Of a stretch of 64,000 nt of DNA, positions 18,321 to 28,841 are shown piece after piece (the first letter of the stretch is position 1; each line of letters starts with the position of its first letter). The stretch covers positions 124,001 to 188,000 of IMG/VR virus record IMGVR_UViG_3300023174_000045. One strand, written 5' to 3'. The notes under the pieces were generated by a model. It did no database searches. It was not told the origin of the DNA and worked only from the letters and a program-made list of their open reading frames with translations. The position numbers were made by a program, and so were the translations under genes.

Positions 18321-19163
18321 ATGAGCACACATGATTTTGACATTTCCGTATTACTTCCCACGCGGGCAAGAACTGACATGCTGTTTCGCAGTATTCGAAC
18401 ACTGTTTGATCTAGCAGACAACAAAGATCGCATATATCTTTTGGTTGGTTTTGACCGCGACGATGCCAAGGGCATTGACTATTTCAGTCAAGAGATACAA
18501 CCTTGGTTGGCCGAAAATGACATTGAATACAGTGCTATGATTTTTGAGCCCATGGGGTATGAAAACTTAAATGTGTATTACAATCTGTTGGCCAAGCAAC
18601 AATCCGCTGATTGGTATTTTGTCTGGAATGATGATGCAACCATGGTCACCCAGGGATGGGACACAGTGATTCGCAACCACAACGCTGAGTTTCAAATACT
18701 CAAAGTGCATACGCATCATGAACACCCTTACAGTATTTTCCCCATTGTGCCACACAAATGGTATGAACTATTGGGCACATTGAGCCGACATCAGATGATT
18801 GACGCTGAAATAAGTCAAATGGCTTATATGTTGGACATGGTAAAAATTGTCGACATTGATGTGATTCATCAACCTTCGCCTGTGCCCAAAGTGCGATTTG
18901 AAAATACCATCAATGATGTTAGAGATTTTCATCATGAGACCTGGAGGAATCAACGCATGAAAGATTGTGCAACGCTGGCAACATACATGCACTCAGTTGA
19001 TCCCAACAGTACCACATTCTTCAGAAATGTGCTGGAAGGCCGGCAAGATCCTTGGGAAAAATTAGTGGCCAACGACATCAACAAACAACAAATACAATTT
19101 CCCATTGCAGTAGAACAACAAACATATTTTCCTGCTGAACTAAAGATTGGTCTGAATTCATGA
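18321..19163 (+). CDS. GT2-like glycosyltransferase
   Basis: SVLLPTR, VWNDD motif. Confidence 0.75.
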   Translation: MSTHDFDISVLLPTRARTDMLFRSIRTLFDLADNKDRIYLLVGFDRDDAKGIDYFSQEIQPWLAENDIEYSAMIFEPMGYENLNVYYNLLAKQQSADWYFVWNDDATMVTQGWDTVIRNHNAEFQILKVHTHHEHPYSIFPIVPHKWYELLGTLSRHQMIDAEISQMAYMLDMVKIVDIDVIHQPSPVPKVRFENTINDVRDFHHETWRNQRMKDCATLATYMHSVDPNSTTFFRNVLEGRQDPWEKLVANDINKQQIQFPIAVEQQTYFPAELKIGLNS

Positions 19164-20380
19164 GCATGATGCAAAGCCAAACAATTGATCATTGTTTGAT
19201 TTCCAAAAACGCAGTGACCAAGATTTTAGATCTAGGGCAACATCCTTATGCTGACACATTCGTAAGACCAGATCAGTTGCATTTGTCTGAACCTGTGTTT
19301 CCATTGCATGTGTATATGAATGAGAAGTCAGGACAAATTCAACTGCGCTACATCAGCAACGCTGAAGAACGCTACAATTTGTACAGTTACAGTTACACTT
19401 CCAGCAATTCAAAATTTGCAAGAGATCACTGGGACAGTTACGCACGGTCTATTGTTGAAAAATGTCGGCCTCAAGGGCTGGTTGTAGAAATTGGCAGCAA
19501 TGACGGATATTTGATCAATCAATTTAGATCACATCAACTGCCTACTCTAGGCGTTGACAGTAGCCGATACATGTGCGACCTGGCCGAATCACTGGGACAA
19601 CCTTGTGTGAATGCTGTGTTTGATCTTGCAGTGGCCGAACAAATAACCACTCAACACGGCCTGGCCAAATTGGTCATTGCCAACAATGTGTTCAATCATG
19701 CCAATGATCCTGTGAGCTTTGCTCGTGGTGTGGCTGAGTTGTTGGACCACGACGGTGTGTTTGTGTTTGAACTGCCTTACTGGGGAGCCATGGTTGACGC
19801 CGCACGATTTGACCAAGTATATCATGAACATGTGAGTTATTTCACTGTAAAAAGCTCTTGGAACCTGTTGCGAGCAGCTGGCATGACCATGATGGACTTT
19901 GAGCATGTGGATTACCATGGTGGTTCCATACGTGTGTTTGCACAAGTGGGCAACAAGTCAATGTCTGTCAAAATACAACAAGCCATAGAACAAGAAACTG
20001 CCGACGGATTGTTTTCTGTGCAACGATATCAAGTCATGCAACAACAAATGATACAGCAACGAGACACATGGTTACAGAATTTTTATACCATGCGTGTGGT
20101 GTCTCCTGATGCAGTGATAATTGGTGTGGGGGCTGCTGCCAAAGCCAACACATGGTTGAACTGGCACGGATTAAACTCATCCACATTGCATTGCATCACT
20201 GACAGTTCTGAGCACAAACAAGGCAAGTACACTCCACTGAGTCGAATTCCCATCCGGGGTGACGAAGAGTTTGCCAAGCATGCTGAACCCATTGCGCTGA
20301 TACTGAGCTGGAACATCAGCGCCGGACTCAAACAAGCCTTGTTGAAAATCAATCCCAACACAAAGTTTATTTCACAATGA
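19160..20380 (+). CDS. NDP-sugar C-methyltransferase
   Basis: LDLGQHP, EIGSNDG, ANNVFNH, YHEH, GAAAKANT. Confidence 0.85.
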   Translation: MSMMQSQTIDHCLISKNAVTKILDLGQHPYADTFVRPDQLHLSEPVFPLHVYMNEKSGQIQLRYISNAEERYNLYSYSYTSSNSKFARDHWDSYARSIVEKCRPQGLVVEIGSNDGYLINQFRSHQLPTLGVDSSRYMCDLAESLGQPCVNAVFDLAVAEQITTQHGLAKLVIANNVFNHANDPVSFARGVAELLDHDGVFVFELPYWGAMVDAARFDQVYHEHVSYFTVKSSWNLLRAAGMTMMDFEHVDYHGGSIRVFAQVGNKSMSVKIQQAIEQETADGLFSVQRYQVMQQQMIQQRDTWLQNFYTMRVVSPDAVIIGVGAAAKANTWLNWHGLNSSTLHCITDSSEHKQGKYTPLSRIPIRGDEEFAKHAEPIALILSWNISAGLKQALLKINPNTKFISQ

Positions 20381-20787
20381 AACACTACAACATCTACAAC
20401 AACAATGAAAAAGGTCTGGGAAGTTTCCAAGACAATCGAGGAACCATCACAGATATTTTTCATCATATCAACGTAAACTCTGCTTGTATCATTACCAACA
20501 CTCCAGGTGCAGTTCGTGCCAATCACTATCATGAATTGACCACACAGTATACCTATGTGTTGTCTGGATCATTGGATTACTATTCCAAGCCGGTGGGCAG
20601 TACAGAACCAGCTGATGTGATCACAGCAGGCCCCGGCGATATGATAATCAGCAAACCCAATGAGATACATGCATGGCGTACCGGTGCCGAAGGATGCACA
20701 TTGATTGCATTTGCACAAGGTCCACGTGGCGGCGAAGACTACGAAAATGACACTGTGCGTGTAGATTCAATCATTCCCGATGCCTAA
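20377..20787 (+). CDS. Cupin, sugar isomerase/epimerase-like
   Basis: DNRG, RANHYH, EIHA. Confidence 0.75.
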   Translation: MKHYNIYNNNEKGLGSFQDNRGTITDIFHHINVNSACIITNTPGAVRANHYHELTTQYTYVLSGSLDYYSKPVGSTEPADVITAGPGDMIISKPNEIHAWRTGAEGCTLIAFAQGPRGGEDYENDTVRVDSIIPDA

Positions 20788-21373
20788 AGCAGTTGTATTT
20801 GGGGTACATGGCGGCATAGGCACAGCCACTACAGAACATTTTTTGGCAGCTGGATACACTGTGGTGCCTGTAACCAGACAATTGATTGACTTTGCACAAC
20901 TTAACAGTTACAATGCAGTCAGTGAGTTGTTGATGAATCATCAACCGGATGTGGTTGTTAACTGTGCAGGTCATTTTGACCGCACAAATACCCAACCTCA
21001 CAGCATGACGTTTGATGTCAATGTTGGTTCTAATTGGGCCGTTATACAGCATTATATGAACAACGTACCTAAAAAATCAGTGCATGTAGTAATGGTGGGA
21101 TCCAGTGCTTACAGTTCTGGTCGCAAGAACTACATGTTGTATTCGGCCAGCAAGGCAGCAGTGTACAACTTATGGCAGGGTGCAGTTGAATATTTTTTAG
21201 ACAGCACAGTGTGTGTAAGTTTGATCAATCCTGTGCGAACTCGTACTGCCATGATTGGAACTGATGTCGCTGGTCCATGTTTGGAACCAGCTGACGTGGC
21301 TAGAGAAATTTTAAACATTGCATCAACTACAAGAAATCAAGTGGTTGATATGAACTATTCCAAGGAGAAATAA
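20780..21373 (+). CDS. Short-chain dehydrogenase/reductase
   Basis: GVHGGIG, VVNCAG, YSASK. Confidence 0.85.
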   Translation: MPKAVVFGVHGGIGTATTEHFLAAGYTVVPVTRQLIDFAQLNSYNAVSELLMNHQPDVVVNCAGHFDRTNTQPHSMTFDVNVGSNWAVIQHYMNNVPKKSVHVVMVGSSAYSSGRKNYMLYSASKAAVYNLWQGAVEYFLDSTVCVSLINPVRTRTAMIGTDVAGPCLEPADVAREILNIASTTRNQVVDMNYSKEK

Positions 21374-22147
21374 ATGAAAATTGGTATTATTGGTCGAGGC
21401 ACTGTGGGCAAGGCAGTGTATGAAGGCTTGTCACATCTAGGGCACAAAATGAGTTTCTTTGATCCAGCATATGAAGGATCCACGCTGAATGATGTATTGA
21501 GCACAGACTGTGTGTTCATTTGTGTGCCAACCAATCAAGCTGACAATGGCGATTGCGACACCAGCATTGTGGAAAAAGTCATCAGCGAATTAGACACCGC
21601 CGGATACCAAGGCCTAGTGGGAATCAAAAGCACTGTGGTACCCGGCACCAGCGATCGACTGTCTGCTGCTCATCCTAACTTACGCATTTGCAGTGTGCCA
21701 GAATTTTTACGTGCCAAAACAGCCTTGGCCGACTTCATGTACAATCATGATTTGTTGATCATTGGCAGTCATCGTGAAGAGGACTTTGACACAGTCAAGG
21801 CCATACACGGGAATCTTCCCAAAGCAGTGTCGTGTGTCAAACCAGCCGAAGCCGAAGTGGTCAAGTACTTCAACAATGTAAATCATTCAGTGCAGATTAT
21901 CTTTGCCAATATTGCCTACGAGGTATGTAACAAACTAGGTTTGGACTACAACAATGTTTACAATGCCATTATCAAAAGAGAATGTTTCAATCCAGCATAC
22001 TTGATGTGCAATGACAACCTGAGAGGATTCGGCGGACATTGTTTGCCCAAGGACACCGCTGCCTGGGCCAACTTGGTACGTGATCTAGGACTTGAATTTG
22101 ACCTGATCACGGCCACCATCAAAGACAACGAGAAAATAAACAAATGA
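21374..22147 (+). CDS. UDP-glucose/GDP-mannose dehydrogenase family (no C-terminal domain)
   Basis: GRGTVG, CVPT, KSTV, PEFLR, GFGGHCLPKD. Confidence 0.88.
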   Translation: MKIGIIGRGTVGKAVYEGLSHLGHKMSFFDPAYEGSTLNDVLSTDCVFICVPTNQADNGDCDTSIVEKVISELDTAGYQGLVGIKSTVVPGTSDRLSAAHPNLRICSVPEFLRAKTALADFMYNHDLLIIGSHREEDFDTVKAIHGNLPKAVSCVKPAEAEVVKYFNNVNHSVQIIFANIAYEVCNKLGLDYNNVYNAIIKRECFNPAYLMCNDNLRGFGGHCLPKDTAAWANLVRDLGLEFDLITATIKDNEKINK

Positions 22148-23034
22148 GTAAAATACTAGTAACCGGTGCTTCAGGTTTGTTGGGCACAGAATTTTGTCGA
22201 CAGTTGATCAATGACGGTCACATTGTGTATGCGGTGGACAATCACAGTCGTAGCACAACCATTCCCAGTTGCAGTGAATGGTATCCCATGGATCTAAACA
22301 ATGTTGATACCATCAACAGTTTGCCCACAGACTTTGATTACATCTATCACTACGGTGCCATCAACGGTACCACCAACTTCTACAACATGCCCAACAAGGT
22401 GTTGGAAAATAACTTTGTGTGTGATTTGAACATTTTTAATTTTGCTCGAAAGTGCAAGAATCTAACACGTTTGGTGTATGCTTCAAGTTCAGAAATTGTA
22501 GCCGATGATGCTGTGAGTCCTGTGCCAGAGCACACTGATGTGTTGATTAAAAACATTCACAATGCACGTTGGAGTTATAGACTGGCCAAGATCACTTCAG
22601 AAAACTACTTGGTCAATTCAGACTTGCCTTACATGATCATTAGATATTTCAATGTGTACGGCGAGAACAGCAAGCAAGGACATTTCTTAGGCGATCAAAT
22701 CAGCAAGATACGCAAGGGTGTGTTCTCTGTTATTGGCGCACAAGAAACACGCAGTTTCTGTCATGTCAGTGATGCCACTCGTGCCAGTATTTTTGTTGCT
22801 GAAAATTGCAATCGCGAAGTGATCAACGTGGGCAATGATCGTGAAATTTCAATTGGTGATGCAGTCAAGGCCATTGCTGCAATAATGGGCCATGCCAATG
22901 CAGAGTTTGAACAGTTGCCCAGCATGCCTGGATCAGTGACCAATCGACGTCCCGACATCAGCAAACTGCGCAGTATCATGCCTGACTATGAGCCTATGTC
23001 TTTTGAACAAGGCATTAGACAAATTTTATCCTGA
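22144..23034 (+). CDS. NAD-dependent epimerase/dehydratase (UDP-GlcA decarboxylase-like)
   Basis: TGASGLLG, ASSSE, SYRLAK, ETRSFC. Confidence 0.85.
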   Translation: MSKILVTGASGLLGTEFCRQLINDGHIVYAVDNHSRSTTIPSCSEWYPMDLNNVDTINSLPTDFDYIYHYGAINGTTNFYNMPNKVLENNFVCDLNIFNFARKCKNLTRLVYASSSEIVADDAVSPVPEHTDVLIKNIHNARWSYRLAKITSENYLVNSDLPYMIIRYFNVYGENSKQGHFLGDQISKIRKGVFSVIGAQETRSFCHVSDATRASIFVAENCNREVINVGNDREISIGDAVKAIAAIMGHANAEFEQLPSMPGSVTNRRPDISKLRSIMPDYEPMSFEQGIRQILS

Positions 23035-23065
23035 TGCAAAATGAAAAGATTGTTTGGATGCAGTA

Positions 23066-23094
23066 TTGACAAAAGATAGAACTCGTGTTAAAAT
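23066..23094 (+). promoter_or_regulatory. sigma70-type promoter for queE
   Basis: TTGACA-17-TAAAAT. Confidence 0.7.
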
Positions 23095-23122
23095 GCATGA
23101 CAGATTATAAAGGCAATGCAAC

Positions 23123-23995
23123 ATGTTTGGAACTAACGAAATTATTGGCAAGAAGTATTTTAAGGACGCACCCGCAGACAGTTTGTTTGTAACCAGTATG
23201 TTCTTTACACTGCAAGGTGAAGGTCCGTATGCAGGTCAGCCTGCGCTGTTTATACGCCTGGCCAAATGTAACTTGGATTGCAGTTTCTGTGACACATACT
23301 TTGATGATGGTGACTGGTTGACATTCGATCAACTTGAAAACAAAATGCATGCCGCGGTCAATGACTTTTGGGGCAAGCAAGGCAAAACTGTGCCTGTCTG
23401 GGCCAACAATGGTATTGGCCATCCAGGTGTGGTGTTGGTAATGACCGGTGGCGAACCGTTGTTACAAGAAAATATTTCAGCGTTTATGAGTCGCCAATTA
23501 CCGCGATTCAAGGCTGTACAAGTTGAAAGCAATGGCATTCCAGAAACTGCTGTGCCCGAGGGTGTCACGCTGGTATGCAGTCCCAAGTGCATGGAAAAGA
23601 ACGGTGTTGCCACTAAATATCTTGCACCAAGCAAAACCATATTGGATCGTGCAGACTGCTTGAAGTTTGTTATGACAGCAGATGCAGATAGTCCATACAA
23701 CAGTATTCCTGAGTGGGCACATGAATGGAAGCGTGTGAATCCCCAAAAAGAAATCTATTGCAGTCCAATGAATGTGTACAACGATTTCCCACAAAGGATC
23801 AAACTGTTGCGAGCAGAAAAGGGCACAATCACCATGGCCGAACGTAGCACAGTGGATGAGGTCATCAGTTTCTGGGAGCCTGGTTTGTTGAACTTGACAG
23901 CCAATCAAGCCAATCACGAATACACCGGTCGCTACTGTGTTGAGCATGGGCTCAAATTGAACTTGCAGATGCATTTATATGCAAGCCTGGCATGA
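23123..23995 (+). CDS. queE: 7-carboxy-7-deazaguanine synthase (radical SAM)
   Basis: TLQGEGP, CNLDCSFCDT, TGGEPLL, ESNG, SPK. Confidence 0.93.
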   Translation: MFGTNEIIGKKYFKDAPADSLFVTSMFFTLQGEGPYAGQPALFIRLAKCNLDCSFCDTYFDDGDWLTFDQLENKMHAAVNDFWGKQGKTVPVWANNGIGHPGVVLVMTGGEPLLQENISAFMSRQLPRFKAVQVESNGIPETAVPEGVTLVCSPKCMEKNGVATKYLAPSKTILDRADCLKFVMTADADSPYNSIPEWAHEWKRVNPQKEIYCSPMNVYNDFPQRIKLLRAEKGTITMAERSTVDEVISFWEPGLLNLTANQANHEYTGRYCVEHGLKLNLQMHLYASLA

Positions 23996-24015
23996 TACTA
24001 GATGGAGCATTTGAA

Positions 24016-24414
24016 ATGTGGGATTGGTTAACAAAAAAGAAAACGCCTCCTGTAAAAGAGGAAAAAGAAAAAGTTATTCGTGTGCCCCGGGCACCAGAAA
24101 AAACTGCCAAACAAATTGCCACAGAGAACAATGAACCTTATGTGGCTATTTTAACAATGGACATCGATCCTACCAACTTGCACCAAGGTGCATTTGAATT
24201 GGATTGGAACGAGATATTCATTGCCAGGCTGGTCAAAGCCGGTTACATGATGAAACCCACAGACGCAGACTCAGACATTGTGGACCGTTGGTTCCAAAAT
24301 GTGTGCAGACACGTTGTGATGGAAACATGGGAACAGGATCAAGCCATGCGCAACTCAGCAAATGGTTATGTACACACTCGAGACATTGGTGATGGCCGCA
24401 GTGAAATAAGTTAA
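24016..24414 (+). CDS. Hypothetical protein
   Basis: SD GGAG, open 132 aa. Confidence 0.75.
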   Translation: MWDWLTKKKTPPVKEEKEKVIRVPRAPEKTAKQIATENNEPYVAILTMDIDPTNLHQGAFELDWNEIFIARLVKAGYMMKPTDADSDIVDRWFQNVCRHVVMETWEQDQAMRNSANGYVHTRDIGDGRSEIS

Positions 24415-24424
24415 GGATATTGAT

Positions 24425-24916
24425 ATGATGGATGGAAGACGAGTGGGCTTTACCGCCTCAACTTTTGATTTGTTACACGCTGGCCACATTGCCATGTTGC
24501 GTGAAGCCAAAGAAGAATGCGACTATTTGATTTGCGCATTGCAAAACGACCCCACCCTGGATCGGCCCAACAAGAATCGTCCAGTGCAAAGCATTGTAGA
24601 ACGACAACTGCAACTGATTGGGTGCAAGTATGTGGACGAAGTTTGGGTGTACAACACAGAAAAAGATCTAGAAGACTTGTTGTTGATCCTGCCCATTGAT
24701 GTGCGTATACTGGGTGTAGAATACGAAGGACGTGAATTTACCGGACGTGAAATTTGTCACAAACGAGATATTGAATTGCACTTCAACGGACGTGATCACT
24801 CTTTTAGTAGCAGTGAACTACGCCAGCGTGTGGCCAATGCTGAATCTTTAAAAAAGAAACTGGAAGAATGGGAACCAGTGGGTGCAGATGACACAGGTGG
24901 ACCCAGCCCAAGATGA
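24425..24916 (+). CDS. Cytidylyltransferase (TagD-like)
   Basis: FDLLHAGH, KYVDEV, SSSELR. Confidence 0.9.
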   Translation: MMDGRRVGFTASTFDLLHAGHIAMLREAKEECDYLICALQNDPTLDRPNKNRPVQSIVERQLQLIGCKYVDEVWVYNTEKDLEDLLLILPIDVRILGVEYEGREFTGREICHKRDIELHFNGRDHSFSSSELRQRVANAESLKKKLEEWEPVGADDTGGPSPR

Positions 24917-25638
24917 TATTGTATGCCAACGGATGTAGCAACACCGCAGCCGCCGAAGCTGTTTTGCCCTATGGGTTCGCCGAGGACGATGGCGAGTTGT
25001 ATCATTTGGGACGGCGTCCACATCCTGTAAATTTAGAAGCAAGCTGGTGTACCCACTTGGCACGTGACCTCGGTATGACATTGTATTGTGACGCAGAATC
25101 TTCAGCCAGCAATGATAGAATTTTAAGAACTACCCGTGAATGGATAGCAAACAATCCTGAAAAATTGAACAACACATTCATGGTCATACAATGGACCACC
25201 TGGGAACGAGAAGAATGGTTACACGATGATGGCACATGGTATCAAGTCAATGCATCGGGTGCAGACATGGTACCTGAAGAATGGCGTCGACGCTACCAAA
25301 AATATATAGTTGGTGTAAATTGGGAAAAGAAAACTCAAGAAGCACATGAAAAGATTTGGGCATTACACACCGAACTACAAAGTTTAAATGTTCCTCATTT
25401 GTTTTACAGTGGGCACAGTACCTTTAATGATATCCAAAATCATCTAGATTGGGGCACAAGTTATATGGAACCTTACAATAGGCAAGGATCTTACAATGCC
25501 ATTTTACAACAAAATGGGCATGTACCCACAAAATGGTACCATTTTGATGCCAAAGGCCATTGCTTTTGGGCCAACTATGTGTTACAATACATCAAGCAAA
25601 ACAACTTGGTGAACACAGATGCGCTACCTACTGATTGA
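24913..25638 (+). CDS. SGNH/GDSL-like protein
   Basis: ANGCS, ASNDRI, C-terminal HF...GH. Confidence 0.6.
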   Translation: MILYANGCSNTAAAEAVLPYGFAEDDGELYHLGRRPHPVNLEASWCTHLARDLGMTLYCDAESSASNDRILRTTREWIANNPEKLNNTFMVIQWTTWEREEWLHDDGTWYQVNASGADMVPEEWRRRYQKYIVGVNWEKKTQEAHEKIWALHTELQSLNVPHLFYSGHSTFNDIQNHLDWGTSYMEPYNRQGSYNAILQQNGHVPTKWYHFDAKGHCFWANYVLQYIKQNNLVNTDALPTD

Positions 25639-26659
25639 TACTAGCAACATGTTTTTCCGTGCGCGGCACCAAGCGCATCGTGCCGCAGACACATGGACCA
25701 AATTGGGGTTTGCCCTGCACTTGACTATAATGAGCGCTAACAAAGTGGCTCGACAATTTGGCGCCGATCACGTGGTTTTCGCACTAGAAGGTCGAAGCTG
25801 GCGCAAAGATCACTACCGGCCCTACAAAGCCAACCGTGCTGTGGCACGTGGGCAAATGAGCGAAACTGAAGCAGAAGAGGACAAATTGTTCTGGGAAACC
25901 TATGATGAGCTGACTAAATACTTGTCTACACGAACCAACTGTAGTGTCGTCCGTTGTGCCACAGCAGAAGCAGACGATATCATTGCACGTTGGATTGCTT
26001 TACACCCCCAAGACGAACACGTAATTGTCAGCTCAGATTCAGACTTTGTGCAATTGGTTGCACCCAATGTCAAACTGTACAATGGCATCAACGATTACTT
26101 GTTCAGCACTGAGGGTGTTACAGACGCAAAAGGCAAACACTTGAGTTTTACCATTGAGAGCAACAGCAAGATCAAGGTTGGCAAAGCCAATTCAGAATTT
26201 GTCACACCTCCTGACTATCAACGTTGGGTGTTGTTCTTGAAGTGCATGCGTGGTGATCCTGGTGACAATGTGTTTTCAGCATACCCGGGTGTGCGACTCA
26301 AAGGCACCAAGAACCAAGTGGGACTCACCGAAGCATTTGAAGATCGTGACCGCAAAGGCTATGCGTGGAACAATCTCATGTTGCAACGTTGGGCCGATCA
26401 TGAACAAGTGGAACACAAGGTGTTAGAAGATTATGAACGCAATCGTGTGTTGATTGATCTCACTGCACAACCTGATGAAGTCAAAGCTGTGGTAGACGAA
26501 GCCATACGTGAGCAAGTTAGTCATAGAGATGTGGGCATGGTGGGTGCGCACTTTTTACGGTTCTGTGGCCGATACGAGCTGACCAAACTCAGCGATCATG
26601 CAGAACAAGTGGGTCGTTGGATGAATGAAACTTACAAAGGAGTTTTAGATGCAAGTTAA
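25619..26659 (+). CDS. 5'-3' exonuclease / T4 RNase H (FEN family)
   Basis: LIDTSN, SWRK, EADDII, SSDSDF, GDPGDN. Confidence 0.92.
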   Translation: MRYLLIDTSNMFFRARHQAHRAADTWTKLGFALHLTIMSANKVARQFGADHVVFALEGRSWRKDHYRPYKANRAVARGQMSETEAEEDKLFWETYDELTKYLSTRTNCSVVRCATAEADDIIARWIALHPQDEHVIVSSDSDFVQLVAPNVKLYNGINDYLFSTEGVTDAKGKHLSFTIESNSKIKVGKANSEFVTPPDYQRWVLFLKCMRGDPGDNVFSAYPGVRLKGTKNQVGLTEAFEDRDRKGYAWNNLMLQRWADHEQVEHKVLEDYERNRVLIDLTAQPDEVKAVVDEAIREQVSHRDVGMVGAHFLRFCGRYELTKLSDHAEQVGRWMNETYKGVLDAS

Positions 26660-27449
26660 ATCTGTTGCCATTTTTGGGGACAGTTGGACTGCTAATAGTT
26701 TTAAAAAATTACAACAACACGAAGATATCTCCGTGGGATTTACTCAGTTTGGACACGAAGCTGTTGGAAGTATGACTTTTCAACAACTGTTTAAAAACAA
26801 TGGTATTGCTGCCGACAATTTTTCTGAGAGTGGTTGTTCTAACAATGATATAGTTGCTACTTTAGAAAAACAAATATCAATAATCCATAATTCGGATTTG
26901 ATTTTAATTTGTCAAACTGACCCGCTGAGAAATTTTTGTATGCCCGATGCGGCGTTGTTAATAGATGAACACAAAATAAATCAAATCAAATACTACGAAA
27001 ATTTAAATGATTTTACAGAAAATTTGTGTAAAGATTTCTACAATCAACTGTCTAAAATTCAAAAACAACTCAATAAACCATTTTTATTGTTTACAGGATG
27101 TAGCAAATTATGCAAAAAATACATACCTACCAATATAGATTATCTCTTACCATGCTGGACTGGCATCGTTGACAAAAGATTTAAACCTGATCAGTCAATT
27201 TATTATGACACATGGCAAAGGCCATTGCTTGTTCAGAAGTACCTGACAAAAAAATTCAATTTGCGTGACACTAATTCTTTAAAGAATTTCTTTAAGATTG
27301 AAAAAATGATTGATTATCGAATGAGTATATGGAAAACCAATGAAAATTTTGGATGGATACATCCTGGAGATGGGGCATATCAAACCATGTTTGATACATT
27401 AGTAAAATATATAGGAGAATTAGATGATAGAAGCCAAGCCAGTAATTGA
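26649..27449 (+). CDS. SGNH/GDSL-like protein
   Basis: IFGDSW, GCSN, IHP. Confidence 0.6.
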   Translation: MQVKSVAIFGDSWTANSFKKLQQHEDISVGFTQFGHEAVGSMTFQQLFKNNGIAADNFSESGCSNNDIVATLEKQISIIHNSDLILICQTDPLRNFCMPDAALLIDEHKINQIKYYENLNDFTENLCKDFYNQLSKIQKQLNKPFLLFTGCSKLCKKYIPTNIDYLLPCWTGIVDKRFKPDQSIYYDTWQRPLLVQKYLTKKFNLRDTNSLKNFFKIEKMIDYRMSIWKTNENFGWIHPGDGAYQTMFDTLVKYIGELDDRSQASN

Positions 27450-27873
27450 TAAAAAATATTGGATACTAAAAAAAGACAATCTCAAGATTGGTGCATTAGA
27501 AGCTGAGCCCGATGGCTATACCATGCGTATCCTGGACCAGATTGGCAAGTTCAAGACCATTCCCATGGTACGCAAAAAGGTCGACATTGAATTTGCGCCG
27601 CCCGAAAAGACCACCCGTCCAGCGCCAGACCAGGTGCATGGATATGCCACAGGTTGCAGGGCATACAATCCCATGTGGGATGTCAAACACCGATTACCAC
27701 TGTTTACCAAAGAACGCAAATCAAAGTCTTGGTATGCCGCAGGTTATTATGCTGTGAAACAACATCGTGCCTGGAAGATCTTGCGTAACCCCAAGTTGAT
27801 TGTGCTGGAACGTTATCAATATCAAGGACCATTTCATACTCAGGAGGCAGCACGTGACAAATCCCTTTCGTGA
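27424..27873 (+). CDS. Hypothetical protein
   Basis: SD AGGAG, 149 aa. Confidence 0.75.
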   Translation: MIEAKPVIDKKYWILKKDNLKIGALEAEPDGYTMRILDQIGKFKTIPMVRKKVDIEFAPPEKTTRPAPDQVHGYATGCRAYNPMWDVKHRLPLFTKERKSKSWYAAGYYAVKQHRAWKILRNPKLIVLERYQYQGPFHTQEAARDKSLS

Positions 27874-28225
27874 TCAAGAAAAATTCATGCGGGCTTGCGA
27901 CCAAAGTGTCGACGGTTTTAACAAAGACCAATTTGCACTTTACTTTAATTTAATTAAAGAAGAATTGGAAGAATTGGAAGTTGCATATTCAGCAGGTGAT
28001 AACGTAGAAACATTAGATGCACTTATTGATATTCTTGTGGTCACTATTGGTGCCATACATAGCATGGGTGCTGATGCAGAAGGTGCTTGGCGGGAAGTCA
28101 TGGCCACCAACTTTGCCAAGATTGATCGAGATACAGGCAAGGTTCGCAAACGTGAAGATGGCAAGGTACTCAAGCCTGTGGGTTGGCACCCGCCTGTGTT
28201 GTCGCCATTTCTGACTAGAAAATGA
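27854..28225 (+). CDS. MazG-like/PRA-PH NTP pyrophosphohydrolase (GTG start)
   Basis: LIKEELEEL, DALID, N..K, DGKVLKP. Confidence 0.85.
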   Translation: MTNPFRDQEKFMRACDQSVDGFNKDQFALYFNLIKEELEELEVAYSAGDNVETLDALIDILVVTIGAIHSMGADAEGAWREVMATNFAKIDRDTGKVRKREDGKVLKPVGWHPPVLSPFLTRK

Positions 28226-28602
28226 TTGAGGAAAAAACCAAAGTTTGCAACGGGTGCGGACAAACACTGCCAGTGTCACTGTACAGCAAAAGCAATGGTG
28301 CCAAGTATCCTAGAAGCAAATGCAAGGCCTGTGAAAAAGCCCTGGACCAAGTTAGAAAACAACTCAGACGCGAAGTTGCACCTCCTCCCCCCGATCATCA
28401 ATGTCCTATTTGTCAACGTGGCTACGAACAAATAAAAGGGCGCGGCGGTATGAGATCTGGTGCCTGGTGTTGTGATCATGATCATGTTACAAAAAAATTC
28501 AGAGCATGGTTGTGCCATGATTGCAATCGTGGCCTGGGGTTTCTTGGTGATGATGCTGAACGTTGTCAACGAGCAGTTGATTATTTGAAAGGCAATCAAT
28601 GA
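28222..28602 (+). CDS. Endonuclease VII-like nuclease
   Basis: CPIC, DHDH....RAWLCHDCNRGLG. Confidence 0.88.
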   Translation: MIEEKTKVCNGCGQTLPVSLYSKSNGAKYPRSKCKACEKALDQVRKQLRREVAPPPPDHQCPICQRGYEQIKGRGGMRSGAWCCDHDHVTKKFRAWLCHDCNRGLGFLGDDAERCQRAVDYLKGNQ

Positions 28603-28811
28603 GCTTGCACATACATCGATTTGTGGATTCGATCAAAGCACATGAAGCACGGGGGCAAAAAGACTTCACCATGCCCATGCGTGATGCTAAAGACTTACAC
28701 GCAGACATAACCAAATTATTGGTCACACTGGAACAAATGCGTGAAAAATCCGCAAGTGGGCCCGAAGTTGTAGAATTACAAATCACCGGGGGCAGTTTTA
28801 AATCTGCATAG
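28599..28811 (+). CDS. Hypothetical protein
   Basis: ATGA overlap. Confidence 0.7.
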   Translation: MSLHIHRFVDSIKAHEARGQKDFTMPMRDAKDLHADITKLLVTLEQMREKSASGPEVVELQITGGSFKSA

Positions 28812-28841
28812 TTATTGGCATAAATAAACACGGAGTTTAAT

